Made by a program: the position numbers and the translations under genes. Source: Eukaryota sp. TZLM1-RC (Eukaryota > Protista > Metamonada: BaSk clade). Taken from it: DNA of 64,000 nt. Below are positions 1 through 12,019 of the stretch, one piece after another (within the stretch, counting starts at the first letter, position 1; each line of letters begins with the position of its first letter). The notes beneath the pieces were generated by a model that was given only the letters and a program-made list of their open reading frames with translations, searched no databases and was not told the origin of the DNA. The DNA lies in assembly GCA_040285825.1 (NCBI GenBank), contig JAUPSS010000003.1:2976001-3040000 (forward strand), read 5' to 3'.

Positions 1-1548
1 TTTTTTATATTCAAATTTTGTTGAAGATCTTGAATTTTGTTTTCAAGAATTTGAATAGAATCAGCATCATAATCCGGTTTTTTAACCACTCGCAAGTCAT
101 TCTTTAACCTCTGCTTCTTACATTTGAATCTTTTATAGGCATTTGGATCTTTGACCTTTACATCACATTTGGTATTTCCTTCGCGATGATTTTCAACACA
201 AGCAGCACATCTCTTACTGGTACGATATTCGGCTACTAATTATACTCTTATACCAGCTTTTCTCAGAATTCTTCTTAGCCCAACACCTCTGATTGTGCTG
301 GCTTTACCTTTTCGGTTTGTCTTGGCGTCCCAATCACCAAGGCCAATTACAATATTGTGAGCCTCAGCTTTTAACTCTGCTTTTAATCGGTTAACCCAGG
401 CAGCCTCACTCTTTTGTTTATTTATATATTTGTATAGAGTGTGGCGCCTGAACAAAGGGTCTTGATAAATGGGACAGAGCAATTGATCGTGGAGTAGTTT
501 CATGTTAATATACTCCTTGAATTCCTGCAGACTCAAAGATTTTTGTGGAATTTTCTGATAATTTATTAGAAATTTCTTGTACTGACACTACGGTTTGCGT
601 AGATGGTAAATTAAATTCTTCGTGAAATCGGGAAGAGATTTAGTGATTTCCTCTTCACCGTTGATTCTTTTCATAACTGCAGTTTTGAAAGAGTTTTCAC
701 TGCTCTCAATCCTAAAAATGATCGAGTTCAAGTAGTTTGTTTCCGTTTCTCTGAACTTCTCTGTTTGAAGTCCAAAGTTTCGTCTACCATCAGTGTAAGA
801 ATTAATAATTAGTTTGTCTCTTTTTTCATTCATTTTTTTTCTTTTTTCATTAAATGTTTTTTTGGGTTTTTTGTTTTTTTTTGTTTTTTTTTCATTTTTT
901 TCCTTGTTTTCTTCACCACGCTTATCATTATTTTTGAATTTTTCACTTTTTTTCCTTTCTGCTTCAGTCATGGATTCCTTTGGGCTCAATATGACTGATC
1001 TCAGCAGAATATGATTGACTGATTTGGTAAGGAATCAAACTGATACCAGTTTGGTATCATATTCGTTAGGGTCTATTCCAGCAATGACTTTACCTTCTGA
1101 TGAATTCAGTTCATCTTCACAAAGATCATGAATCCTTTTGTTTGTCTCTGCATTTTTTCAAATCATTGCGCTTGTGTTGAACAGAAACTCCACAGCCATC
1201 TGTCAGAATACTTCCGTCAAAAACGTAACCATGAGTATTTTTGGCCATGGCATTATGCTGCATGTTGAGTACCCTTTTCCAAGTTGTGAGACTTTTTTCA
1301 TCAACGTCAATCGTTTGATCGTCACTTTCTGGAGTTTCATCAAACTCTGTGATGGGGAGTACGGTGGATTCATCAGACAGTTCTCTTGATTGATTAATAG
1401 TAATTTGCATACTTCTGGTTTCAACCCGCAAATATGCTGGAGAAAGGGATGTTCTGATAGAAAAAACTTTGTAAATGAATAAATGATTATGTTTTTTCCC
1501 TTCAGCAATTTCGATTAATTCCTCAGAAATACGACTGAGGTCCGCCAT
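1..1548 (-). pseudogene. Fanzor1 (TnpB-like RuvC RNA-guided nuclease) relic, family A; runs off the window start
   Basis: Stitched minus-strand frames give FDGSILTDGCGVSV, RuvC-I VIAGIDPN (~1065-1095), YINKQKSE...IVIGLGDW, then GLRRILRKAGIRV*LVAEYRTSKRCAAC (RuvC-II E plus Zn finger). Several stops and frameshifts. RuvC-III would lie outside the window. Confidence 0.85.
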
Positions 1549-1602
1549 TAGTATAAAAGATCTTTTAAGATAATTTTCCCAATTTGCCCGTATATCTTAA
1601 AA

Positions 1603-2416
1603 TTGTATAATATTTTGATTTGTAAGAAAAAATTGAAAGATAACGAGGAACTTAATTCTGAAAAATTTGTTTTTGAATCTTCGTTAATAAATACTGAGCC
1701 TCAAAATTCAAACATATTTGCGGAAGATTTGAATTCTAATTCTTTGACCTTATCTAACGTTGATCATGATGCTCCAGTTCGTCTTCCTAACACTTGTATT
1801 TTTTGTTCAAAAGATCTAACTGAGTCAGTCAACGGTCGGCCAGTTTTATTTTGCAAATCATGTACTGGCAAGGATACTTTGAGACCCCCTGTGAAAGTTC
1901 CTGTTGACACCAGCCCCGCAAGTTCAATTCCTTTGTCTTTAGAACTGCGAAAATTTTCTTCTCAATTAAAGAAGACTAATAATTGGGCCATTACTGATTT
2001 GTGGAAATTTTTTGCAAAGAAAAAGTCTCTTTTGAAGAAACCTCGTAAATCAAGATTTTCATACAAAGCATAATTGTTATCCTTGAATACAGAATCGCAT
2101 ACTCATTATGTCCTCTGTCCATTTGCAGTTTCTCTCCATGGCACGCTTGGACCTCTTGCTTTGACTTTTCTGGATGATTTTGATGAAATTGTGAAACAAC
2201 GTACTGGAAGAGTTTTTGACAGTAGTTTTTGGCAAAGCAGAATTGTATTTTCAATTTTCAAAGGTGTTGTTCCCTTATTATCTTCAGCTTTGTTCTCTCT
2301 TGGACGCGTTTATGAAAGAAAAACCTCCAGTCAATTCTTCTTGGCTGACTTGGGTTATGAAGACATAGAATTTTAACCTGGTCGTATAGTTTATTTTTTA
2401 TTGGAATAAATAAAAA
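1603..2416 (+). mobile_element. Internally deleted RLE (CRE-like) non-LTR retrotransposon: Cys-containing N-terminal region joined to the 3' end
   Basis: ORF 1603-2073 has CxxC...CxxC. ORF 2074-2376 (LCPFAVSLHGTLG...FWQSRIVFSIFKG...YEDIEF*) is homologous to the 3' ends of other copies. AATAAATAAAAA tail follows. Confidence 0.7.
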
Positions 2417-2791
2417 CAATTTGGTATATCTGAAAATATATTAGGTAAATTAGGCTTTCTTTTCATTGACTTGGATTTTGAGGTGGTCAAATTGAAATCC
2501 AATTTTGCAAGCATCTGGTTGACAAGGTCGCAATATGTTGAAGTGAAAATGTTTTCATTAAGTTTTTGAAAATACAAAAATACACTGTATTTGTATTTTC
2601 CAGGAATAAATTATGCCACATAATTATAATTATAGATTATACGAGCAACAGTCTACTTTTCCCTTGTACCACCTATGTGTGGGGCATATGATCTCCATTT
2701 TCTGTTCTACTGGTTACCAAATGTATCATGTTAAAACCAATATCTAGGATAGGATATCTCTCGATATCCTCTTCTCAACTTCAGCCTCATT

Positions 2792-5152
2792 ATGTCTGTC
2801 CCTTTACCATTCATCGTCAAAGTGACTCTGGCCAGACCTTTTGTTGTTGATTCAACAGATATTGTGGAACTGCTCTCACCATGTTCCATCTTGAACGTGA
2901 TAGATCTGTCAGGATTCTTTGTGGTACACTTAGCAGATATGCAATCGTACAACAATAGTTTGAAGAGGTCTGGCCTGTCTTTGTTCTATCAACTCCTCAC
3001 TCACTTAGCCCTTCCCTCATAAAACACTCACTTAGAGGGACAATCTTACCTAAACTGCTGGTGATTACTATTGATTCACATTATACTTACTTACTCCTCA
3101 CTGAGAGTAATGATCTATTTGGATGGGGTTTTCACTTTTGCAATATTTTCAACAAATTACCTTTCAGAAATGTCGTGGATATTGTTCATTATAATCATTT
3201 TAACATTAACTGTGTTGTATTGAACCATATAGAATCATCAACTATACTCAGGTTTAATAGTGATGGATGTTTGTTGATTCAATCAAATTTGATTGATTGT
3301 GATCGACTTATAAGTGCCAGTCAAGATCAGAAATTCAGAGTTTATCAAAGTATTTCTTCCAATTGCTTGAAATGTGTTGATTCACGGGATCGGCAACTAT
3401 TCTCAATCAATCAATCAATCATCAATCATTTCTCAACTGCTGATTATTTTTCTTTCCAGTTAAGTTGTGGTAATTGGTTCAGTTTCTTTTTTGATACACT
3501 AACTCAATTTTACTATAACTTTTTTGCACAATTTTCGCCAATTCAGGTCATTAGAGACAGTAGTTTTGGCCTTCTTCTCACGAAAAATGGTCAACTTTGT
3601 AAATTCAAATACAAATTTGGCCTTAATTCATCTAATAATATTCATTGTTTTCATGATTTACCTTTAAAGCAATGTATTTTTCACCACAAGGAATTCACCT
3701 ACGCTATCACCAATCAAAACCAGCTTTTACATTTAAAGCTGGAAAAAAATGAGTTGTTTTTTAACCAGATTTCTCATCTTTTGATACGTAGTCTATGGTT
3801 TACAGAAAATTCCACTGTTTATTTTGATTTCAATGGTTTATTCTGGCGACTTGATGGTAATTTTCGCCATTCATTGTTTGCTTCGGAACTTACAAGAAAT
3901 CATTCAAATGGTGCAAAGAAAAAGGGAGGGCTTTATCCAAATGTTTGCAAGTTAATTTTCACAATTTATATTGATCAACTCTTCTCCAGGAATGGTTTTC
4001 ATGGTTGTCAAATTTCTGGTATAATGAGGTTTTTATCAAAGTTAATGCTGAGCAAAAGATTTTTCCAAATAGCGATCAAGATCTTTAGTACTCGCTTTTT
4101 TATTTTGGAAAACTCAAGTGTTGCCAAAAGATTGTTAAGTTTCTTCCAATTCCTTCAAATACGTTTTCCATCTACTTTCAAACTGTCTCTGTGCTCATTA
4201 AAAACTAAAGAAGACCTCAATAATGTTCGCTCCTTTATTAATGATTTAGATTCAGAAGGCGAGCTTTTTGAAATTCAATGGGATTTAATTATCAATCTTG
4301 ATGAAACTCAATCTTTGATACCTTGCTCACAATTGAAATTAATTGATCCATCACATTTACCAAATTAACAAAAACAACATTATTGAGCTTCATTTGATTA
4401 TTAAAGATGTTGTTATCGATCTCGTCAATTCCCGAAGGCTCAACTCTGTCAAGACTTTATCAATCAGTCTCGAACAAAGAAACATTGATCTAATTCAAAT
4501 ACTTTCTCTCTTTCCCAGGATTGAGGAATTGTGTATTGATAGTAGTGTTCAACAAAGCTTAGATCTCGGCTCATGTTGTGTTCAGTTGCGTTTTCTAAAG
4601 CAGCTTTGTGTCAATCTGCCAAATTCACGCATTCGAGGGTTTCCAGTCTCTTTACGATTGATTGAAGTTGTTCGTTTAGGTAACATTTTTGGAATAGATC
4701 TTATGAATTTAGCCAAGTTAACTAAATTAGTTGTCTCACCGTCCGAATTTCCAGCTATTTTGGCTTATGGAAGGTCTAAATTATCTTCCACAATTCAATA
4801 CTTGGAAATGAGCTTTGAAGGTGAGTTAGACCTCACACATTCGACTTTCATGCCAAATTTACGAGAGATTATTATGAATAATGGTGTGTTGCAGCACATT
4901 TCTGTCCAGAAGTTTCCAAATTTGAGATTTGTTCAGTTTAAACGAATTCTTCTACATCAATCTTATCCTGTTTCATGCAAGAAAATGACATTTGATGTTC
5001 TTCATCGGAGTTCTACTGTTTGTTTTGTAGTAACTTCCTTTTTACCAATAGAGTTTTGTCTAGCCTTCAATAATTTTGAAACTGTTGAAGATCTTTTACA
5101 GAATTTTTTCTCATTTCAATCTTCTGATGATTTAGACCTTAGTGATGTTTAA
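2792..5152 (+). CDS. Hypothetical protein with an LRR-like C-terminal half, split over three overlapping ORFs (2792-3022, ~2959-4368, 4343-5152)
   Basis: Long consecutive same-strand ORFs overlap in shifted frames, and the last has LxxLxL patterns. No GT..AG intron is seen at the 4343-4368 junction, so frameshifts or assembly indels are likely. Confidence 0.5.
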
Positions 5153-5347
5153 ATTTGATTTAAAACAAGTACTTTATATATTCGCTGTACCTTGTGTTGA
5201 TGAATTACACTATAGCAGCATACTAACAAGTTAGACAATAGCTGGAGGCATCAATAACAAGTCCCATTGCTAATTCAACTTATGATATCACAAATGCCTT
5301 ACATTTATGTGGGTTCTATTGATGGAATGATTGCATCCGAACAAAAT

Positions 5348-5420
5348 TGGAGATGCATTGTTTCAATCCCCGTACCTCACGCATGCTAAGCGTGCGTTCT
5401 ACCAATTGAGCCACACCCCC
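5348..5420 (-). tRNA. tRNA-Ala(AGC), probably a pseudogene
   Basis: GGGGGTGTGGCTCAATTGGTAGAACGCACGCTTAGCATGCGTGAGGTACGGGGATTGAAACAATGCATCTCCA. G3:U70 and the AGC anticodon are present, but the T-stem has two G-A mismatches and the D-stem one mismatch. Confidence 0.8.
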
Positions 5421-5629
5421 TCCAACTGTTTCGTGGTTTGAACAATTCGAATGTACTGGCACATCGTTATTGGCACCTCAAATGTTTGATAGAGAATCTA
5501 AACCATTGTTTTATTTTTTCAAGATTGGAGTAAATTCAGGTGAATCAAGATTGTCATCTTATTCGTTCTTGTGTGAACACACAAATGTTAATTTGTACCA
5601 GTTAGGATGATGGTATCGAAGAAGTAGAT

Positions 5630-5887
5630 GTGACTAGTTTATATGCGGTTCTTGAATTCAATTCCTCATCATTGATAGATTACCACTACTTTTCAATCAA
5701 ATCACAGGAACTAAAACAAGAAAACGAACAGATCACGTTACTTTTTCCAAACTCAGTTTTTTTCATCACTGATGAATCAGTAAATGGATTAACAACATTA
5801 ATGAATATGGTGAATTTTCAATTAATAATATCACTTCTCATGTGTTGGCATCACGTCGAATCAAAGGCACCAAGACTCTGCTATTAA
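5630..5887 (+). mobile_element. MULE/Mutator transposase fragment
   Basis: FITDESVNGL...LMCWHHV resembles the MULE 'TD...CxxH' signature. Confidence 0.45.
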
Positions 5888-5899
5888 AAATTCTCACAT

Positions 5900-6376
5900 G
5901 ACTCTTATGACTGAAAATACATAAGACCCTTTGAAGCTCTGTGCAAATTCTTTTCTGCTGATATTCAACAAATCGCGCCCAGATGTTACTGTTCTTGAAA
6001 TGTAAAGAGACCAAATTGAAGAATTCATTCTTGAAATTTGGTCAGTTTTAGCTATTTGGATTTCACTGTCCATGTTAGCCTGGCTAAGGAAAAGAATCCC
6101 GTTGTTGCTTGGACCACGTGCTTTATCTTTCTTAAATGAGTTTGCTGAAATTGTGAAACAAGATGAAATTTTGTTGACAAAATGTGTTGGCAGAACAGAA
6201 TTGTGTTTTCAATTTATAAAGGGTTTGTCCCCTTAATATCTGCTGTCTCGTTGTCTTTTCGTCGATGTTATGCAATAAAGAGTTCAAGTCAATTCTTTAT
6301 GGCTGATTTACGGTATGAAAATGAGGAATTTTAAGTTTGCTGTTTAGTTTTTCGTTATTATGATTCAATGAAAAAA
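5900..6376 (+). mobile_element. Decayed CRE-like non-LTR 3' fragments
   Basis: LAKEKNP and WQNRIVFSIYKG...YENEEF*; nucleotide similarity to 2145-2376. Confidence 0.7.
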
Positions 6377-7647
6377 GTATTGAAAGAAAATGTTTTTGCT
6401 AACTTTTTAATTAACATTAATGATGATATGGCAATTTAATACATGTCCCAAGTTGCTAATGTTTATGTTTTTTGCTCAATCACCATTAGTGGACAACTGT
6501 AGAAAAACTAAAGTGTTGATAATGGCCGTGCAGTGAGGCTAACGATGTGGGATTATCCTTGGTCTGATAAAGTAAAGCAGCCTAAACTCCCTCACAATTT
6601 AATCTTGACTTTTATGAAAATCTTTCCTATCAAGGCAACAGGGCACTTTTGAATTTTGACTTTTGTTGTGAATAATACATTTCCAGATCAACTGAATGAA
6701 TCTACATAGTGATCAAGTCATTTTTGAAGCAGTCCATCGTCCTCAGTGGATTGACACAGATGATTTGTCTTGATTTGTCAAGAGGATGACATTGTTGTGT
6801 ATTGACGTATTTTATGGATTTTGAAATGGAATATGTGTTCCTTTTTTTTAAAAATTAGACTGGCAAAAAATAGAAACGAATTCTACCATTGCCTACACAA
6901 TTCACCATTGTTTTTTGGTCGCTAATTTTTCAGTTTTTAATTTTAATGGGTCCATAATTGTTCACGATACGGCGGACACCTTCTTCAGCACGAATTACCA
7001 CATGTTACGATTTGCTGAACAACACATTATATATTCTTTGCTGTGCAGAAGTGCTGGTTCAAATTTTCAACCGACAAAAGTTCCAATATTTTTGTCAAAT
7101 AAATAGCGGGATGATATCAAGTCAACGTTTCGGTTTTAAAACTGAATTAACAAGATTTATTGATGTGATTAGTGTTACATCACACAGTATAGTTTGATCA
7201 AAGTTTATTCAAATTTAAGGAAACAAACTGATATCAACAATTATTCGCGAATGTGTATATTCTTAATTTCATTTAGTAAACACAATTAAACCCAAATTAC
7301 AATCGACCAATGAACGTTTGAACTTCTTCAGGTCGAACATTTTTGAAGACATTGTACATAAAACATCCAAAATTGAATGTAGCAACCAGCGATTTTTCTT
7401 CTTCCTTATTGCTTTTAACATTTTCAGCATCACTCCTTGCCAACAATAGGCCACATACAAATACTATTTTGAAATCGGATCTGAAAACAATTCTTGAAAT
7501 CCCGTCACCAAAATATCAAACATAAAGAGAATTGTATAAATTTTGTCTGTCTATTTGAATGAATTGATAAACCAATGGTACTGATTTGAGTGGTGCTTTG
7601 GAAAATAGAAGATGAGGAAGTGAGTAACTTTCTGAACCAATCAAAAA

Positions 7648-7719
7648 TTCGCATACCGGGAATCGAACCCGGGTCTAGTATGTGAAAGACACTAATGCTA
7701 GCCACTACACCATATGCGA
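7648..7719 (-). tRNA. tRNA-Glu(TTC)
   Basis: TCGCATATGGTGTAGTGGCTAGCATTAGTGTCTTTCACATACTAGACCCGGGTTCGATTCCCGGTATGCGAA forms a full cloverleaf. Confidence 0.95.
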
Positions 7720-7839
7720 TTTCTATGACTATTGATAAAAATATATACTATTGGTATATACTATTGGTATGCGATTACATTTATCATAGGTATGCAACTG
7801 AGAGCTTGGATAGTTTTCTCACCATTGCTTCTTTTATTT

Positions 7840-8030
7840 TATTATTATATATCAGTTTTAGCAAAATTCAAGATGGATTTTCCTGACATTCATTTATGTG
7901 CTTATGCAGAAGATTTGTCACTTATTGGTCCTTTGTCCCTTTTACAGCAAGGATTACAGCATTTCGTTATTTTGTCCCAACAAATTGGGTTAGATATCAA
8001 ATTGCCCAAATGTTTCATTATTGGATAAAC
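7840..8030 (+). mobile_element. Non-LTR reverse transcriptase fragment
   Basis: FPDIHLCAYAEDLSLIG...IGLDIKLPKC, homologous to AYMDDISLIG...IGLHLNASKC in the 27040 ORF. Confidence 0.7.
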
Positions 8031-8199
8031 AAGTGTTTCTCTAAGCCAAGACTCTTTAATACATGAGATTCTTTCATTTTTTACCATATTAAAAACTGAC
8101 AGCATCATGTAATGAGGAACGATAAATTTTCAATTTGGAACAATTTAAAGCATGGCGCAAAGTGAGCTGTGATGAATTGATACAAATACTTGTTTCTTT

Positions 8200-8870
8200 T
8201 AATAATAATTGATTAATGAAAATATTCACATATAATCTCATTTTTGTTACAAAAGCTTCATTATAGGCACATTGCCCAAACCTTAGTGGTACAATGGTGA
8301 CAAATAGTGATGCGTCTGATGACTTATTCTCGCACAGACCTTTTTTTTATAGTAATGAATCAAGATCTTGATCTAAAAGAGCTGAGCTGCATAAAACTTT
8401 AAAAGATCATCATTATACATTTCAGTTATTCGTTTTTGTAATGTTCAAAGCGTGTATTTGAAATTCAAATAGTCTTTGTCCAGAATATTACCTTTGAATG
8501 ATTTGGGGAAAGCATCGATTGCATTTTTCAGTATCAATTTTCAAAAATTCTTCATTTAAAACAAAAATAGCTGAACTTTCGGTTGTCATTATTAAATCTT
8601 CCCGACCCGCAAACCTTTCAGAAAATTCAATTATTGCATTTGTGCATTCACCAATAAAAGAACATGAAGTAAGAATAGAGGCTTTAGTTCAGCGTAAACC
8701 ACCACATTGTGGACTTAGATATGCATGATCTGGAATTTGGTACATTTTTCAACTTATCAGTTGAAACAATACTTTAGCACACACTTCAATAAACTTTTGG
8801 GCCACATTTCTAGAGTAGGAGGATTCATAGATCGAAATATATGATTGAAATTTGAATTGCAACAAAGTCT
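8200..8870 (-). mobile_element. Decayed CRE-like non-LTR fragment (post-RT region)
   Basis: HAYLSPQCGGLR*TKASILTSCSFIG...FSERF...CFPQ parallels HLFFFSKFGGIGFTKSSILCQSAFLG...FSRRF...CFPQ in the 27040 ORF. Confidence 0.6.
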
Positions 8871-9359
8871 TATTATGATAAATGTAATAAATTTCTGCAC
8901 TTCTCATTTCATCATTTGGTCAATTTTGTCAGAAATAATATTCAATTTTTCAAAGAATTGTTTGGAGAGTTCATCGTTTTTGTCTAAAAACGAACCCGAA
9001 TGACGAATTGCATCAGATGAATATAACTTGGCTTTAATTTCAATAACATCAACTCTTTCTACAATAGTAGATGATAAATAACTAAGTAAATATACTAAGT
9101 ACAATATGCCGATTATTAATGTCGAATCAGTTGTTTCTTCCATATTTGGAGTACACAGTTACAATGATTCTTTGTACTTTTGAATTGTTTGTTGTATTCA
9201 TTTTGAGCGTGAAGATTGTAAATTATAAGCTGAATTTAGATTTACTTTACTGAACTTAGATTTTGCTGCGACTTTTCCAGATACCGATACCTTTCCTTTT
9301 TTTGGTCTGATAATCTGCCTCATAATTTAATTTGTAAATGTAGTCGAAAGATTACAATT

Positions 9360-11150
9360 ATCTATTTTGGTAAATTGTAAACATTTTATTACTTTTAGAA
9401 GGAAGGTTCACGATGCTGTAGGAGGCCAATTATATCGTATGTGTAAGTCTCAATTGAAGCTTTCTGGAACCTCCGTTGTCAAATCTGTTTGAAACTGAAG
9501 ATGATTTTCATAAGAATAATAGACGTCTATGTCATATTACAAGGATTAGATGGAACCCTCATTTTGGTGGACGTTATGTCTGTTGATCCTTGTAATGTTT
9601 CAAATGAAAGGTTTGTTAATTCTGAAATTCATAATCCTCTTTCAAATGCTGAAAACTTTAAAATCAAAAAATACAATGAACCTTTGTCCAAATTGTTTAC
9701 CCAACAGCATACAAAATACAATTTGTATCCATTTGTTTTTTCTCTATTTGGTTCACTTGCTTCAACGGCTTTACGTGTTTTGTCAGACTTCGAAGAGAAT
9801 TGTGAAAAAAAGGACCAATATGTTAGATGTTGGATAACATCAAATCACGTGTGATAACGTGGCGATAGTTTAAGTTTAGTATTTGTAATTTAATAAAGCT
9901 TTTCCTATGGTCACTGCAGTGGAAACCAACAATAACGTTATTGTCCCTGTCCCTGTACCTGTTCCAGACCCGTCACTGTTCTTGAGACTGCCTTTGGTAA
10001 AGCCGTGCGATGCGTCCTGTTGACCGTCCCTATCTGAGCTCGCTGTTGGAGGAAGATGTATGTATGTTTTTAAGCGAGTTTGAAGTGTATCAGTCTGTCA
10101 CTGAAAAGTCACTAAACTGTCACTAAAGTTGTTTCCTTAAGGCTCTCGGTAGATCCCTTCATTTTGAGGTCCTTAGAGTTGTATGAACCTAAGGTGAAGA
10201 CTTCCCATAGTGTGTTGCTCAACTATTTGAAATCGCTAAACAATTTTCCGTCTTATGAAGCTTTCAACGAGACGGTCTTTCGGTTTAAAATGAACGTGAA
10301 AATCCCTAGTGCCAGAAAAAGAATGAATGATTACCTCAGAAACTTTCTGAAGGTGAAGGAAAAGGCTGGAGGCCTCGCCATTCCAAATAATGTTTTCATG
10401 AAACGATTTGCTGCTGGTATTGCTCCTAAAGGTCTGGCTGAATCACTTGTGTCCCGTATTAATGACCAACTGTTACCTGATTTCAAAACCCTTGTGAAAA
10501 TTGCTACCGACGGAATTGTTGACCATGATAGATCTACAGTTTGGTCAGGCTCTATATTTAATAAAAATACTCGTTTTGCCGTCAGAGATTCAGAAATTGC
10601 TGCCAAAACTTGTTACAGATGCCTAAGCCTGGTCATATTAATGTTAATTGTCCTCTTCGCAATGGTAATGCCCAAACTTTTGATGTCAAAAGATCCGCTC
10701 ATGTTCATAGTATTATAGAACAGGTGAACACTGTACTTTGCGCTGTTAGTGAAGCAGATATCAATAACTGTATTGACTCATGCCTTGGAGACGCGCTGAA
10801 TGTTTATGATAGTGATTCTTCAGAAAGAAGAGCCGTATCAACTTGTACTCAATCCATTAACAAGGATTTCCCCATCATTGAAGAAGAAGAGTGAAGAAGG
10901 GGTAATGTTAGATGTTGGATAACATCAAATCACGTGTGATGACGTGGCGATAGTTTAAATTTAGTATTTGTAATTTAATAAAGCTTTTCCTTTGGTCACT
11001 GCAGTGGAAACCAACAAATAGAAATCATAACAAATTGTTTTGGCAAAGTAAAATGATGTTTTCTATTTTTAAGAGGATGTTGAAGATGTTTTCTGATGCT
11101 GTGCTCTCTCTTGGATCTCACCATGAGAGAGTTGCAAGAATCAGGCTATA
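9360..11150 (+). mobile_element. CRE-like non-LTR 3' part (same family as 27034-29146), interrupted by an LTR element
   Basis: 9360-9820 closely matches ~28490-28945 and 11021-11140 continues the match to ~28950-29065. Confidence 0.85.
9821..11016 (+). mobile_element. Miniature gag-only LTR retrotransposon: 111-bp LTRs at 9821-9931 and 10906-11016, TSD AATA
   Basis: TGTT...AACA direct repeats with 3 differences. AATA at 9817-9820 and 11017-11020. Polypurine tract before the 3' LTR. Gag-like ORF 10164-10718 carries a frameshifted CCHC knuckle C-YR-C-xKPG-H-INVN-C. No pol. Confidence 0.92.
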
Positions 11151-11270
11151 CAATTTTGAGCTTCAAATTCAACAAAAGTGAAATTTTATTACCACTGAAA
11201 AATAATGGTCCAGAAACAAACAATGAGAACTATTTTGCCGCAATTGGTGCTGCTTTATATGTATTCCGAG

Positions 11271-11906
11271 CTAATCACATGCATTACACCATTCTAATAC
11301 CACCTTTAGCACCTCTTCACCAAAATCTTTTGGACTACGCGCATCTTCTGGTACTCCAAAGCTCATAGGCCAAAGCTTTGTGTTATAGTTACTAGGATAC
11401 ATTGATTTGACAGTTATATCAGTACACCATGTATCAACCTCAGCTGCCCTGAAGGCCCCTTCTAATGCATGTTTAGCGATCTGGTAGCCTGCACAGTCTA
11501 TAACATAGTCCTGATCTTGAACTATTGATGTATTGATTATAATAATCAAAACTTTGGAATTATAAAGTTTATTTTTAGCAAAATGTACTGCATTGATGAA
11601 TGGATAGAGATGAGACTCAAAATACTGATCAAGCTTGGACTTTGATAGTTCAAAAATAGACTCATAGTTGCAATGACCAGTAGCGACAACAATAACGTGC
11701 GAATGGTCCTGAGAGAACTCATCAAGTATTGGGTCGTTCCAGAAGTCATCGGTTGATGGAAGACCAACGATTGTTCTAGAAAAAGGAACAGAAGATGGAA
11801 GTGAAGACTGAGAACGGACAGATCCAAAGACAGAAAACGAATGAGATAAAGCATCACATACAACAAAACCGAGACCTCCACTAGCTCCAAGTACTAAGCA
11901 AGACAT
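11271..11906 (-). CDS. Short-chain dehydrogenase/reductase (SDR)
   Basis: N-terminal LVLGASGGLG Rossmann motif and YQIAK (YxxxK) catalytic motif. Likely ATG at 11906. Confidence 0.85.
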   Translation of the reverse strand: MSCLVLGASGGLGFVVCDALSHSFSVFGSVRSQSSLPSSVPFSRTIVGLPSTDDFWNDPILDEFSQDHSHVIVVATGHCNYESIFELSKSKLDQYFESHLYPFINAVHFAKNKLYNSKVLIIIINTSIVQDQDYVIDCAGYQIAKHALEGAFRAAEVDTWCTDITVKSMYPSNYNTKLWPMSFGVPEDARSPKDFGEEVLKVVLEWCNACD

Positions 11907-12019
11907 TGTATTAAAAAATATAATATTCAAGTCAGTGTGTTGACCCAATGATTTGGGAAAAGTAATGTTACATTCAGTGATCGGACACAACCATGTTTTT
12001 CTTGGTGGTCAATTTCATT

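Noticed and set aside
814-1014. Phe-rich membrane peptide ORF
   Set aside because: It is the antisense shadow of the Lys-rich Fanzor segment.
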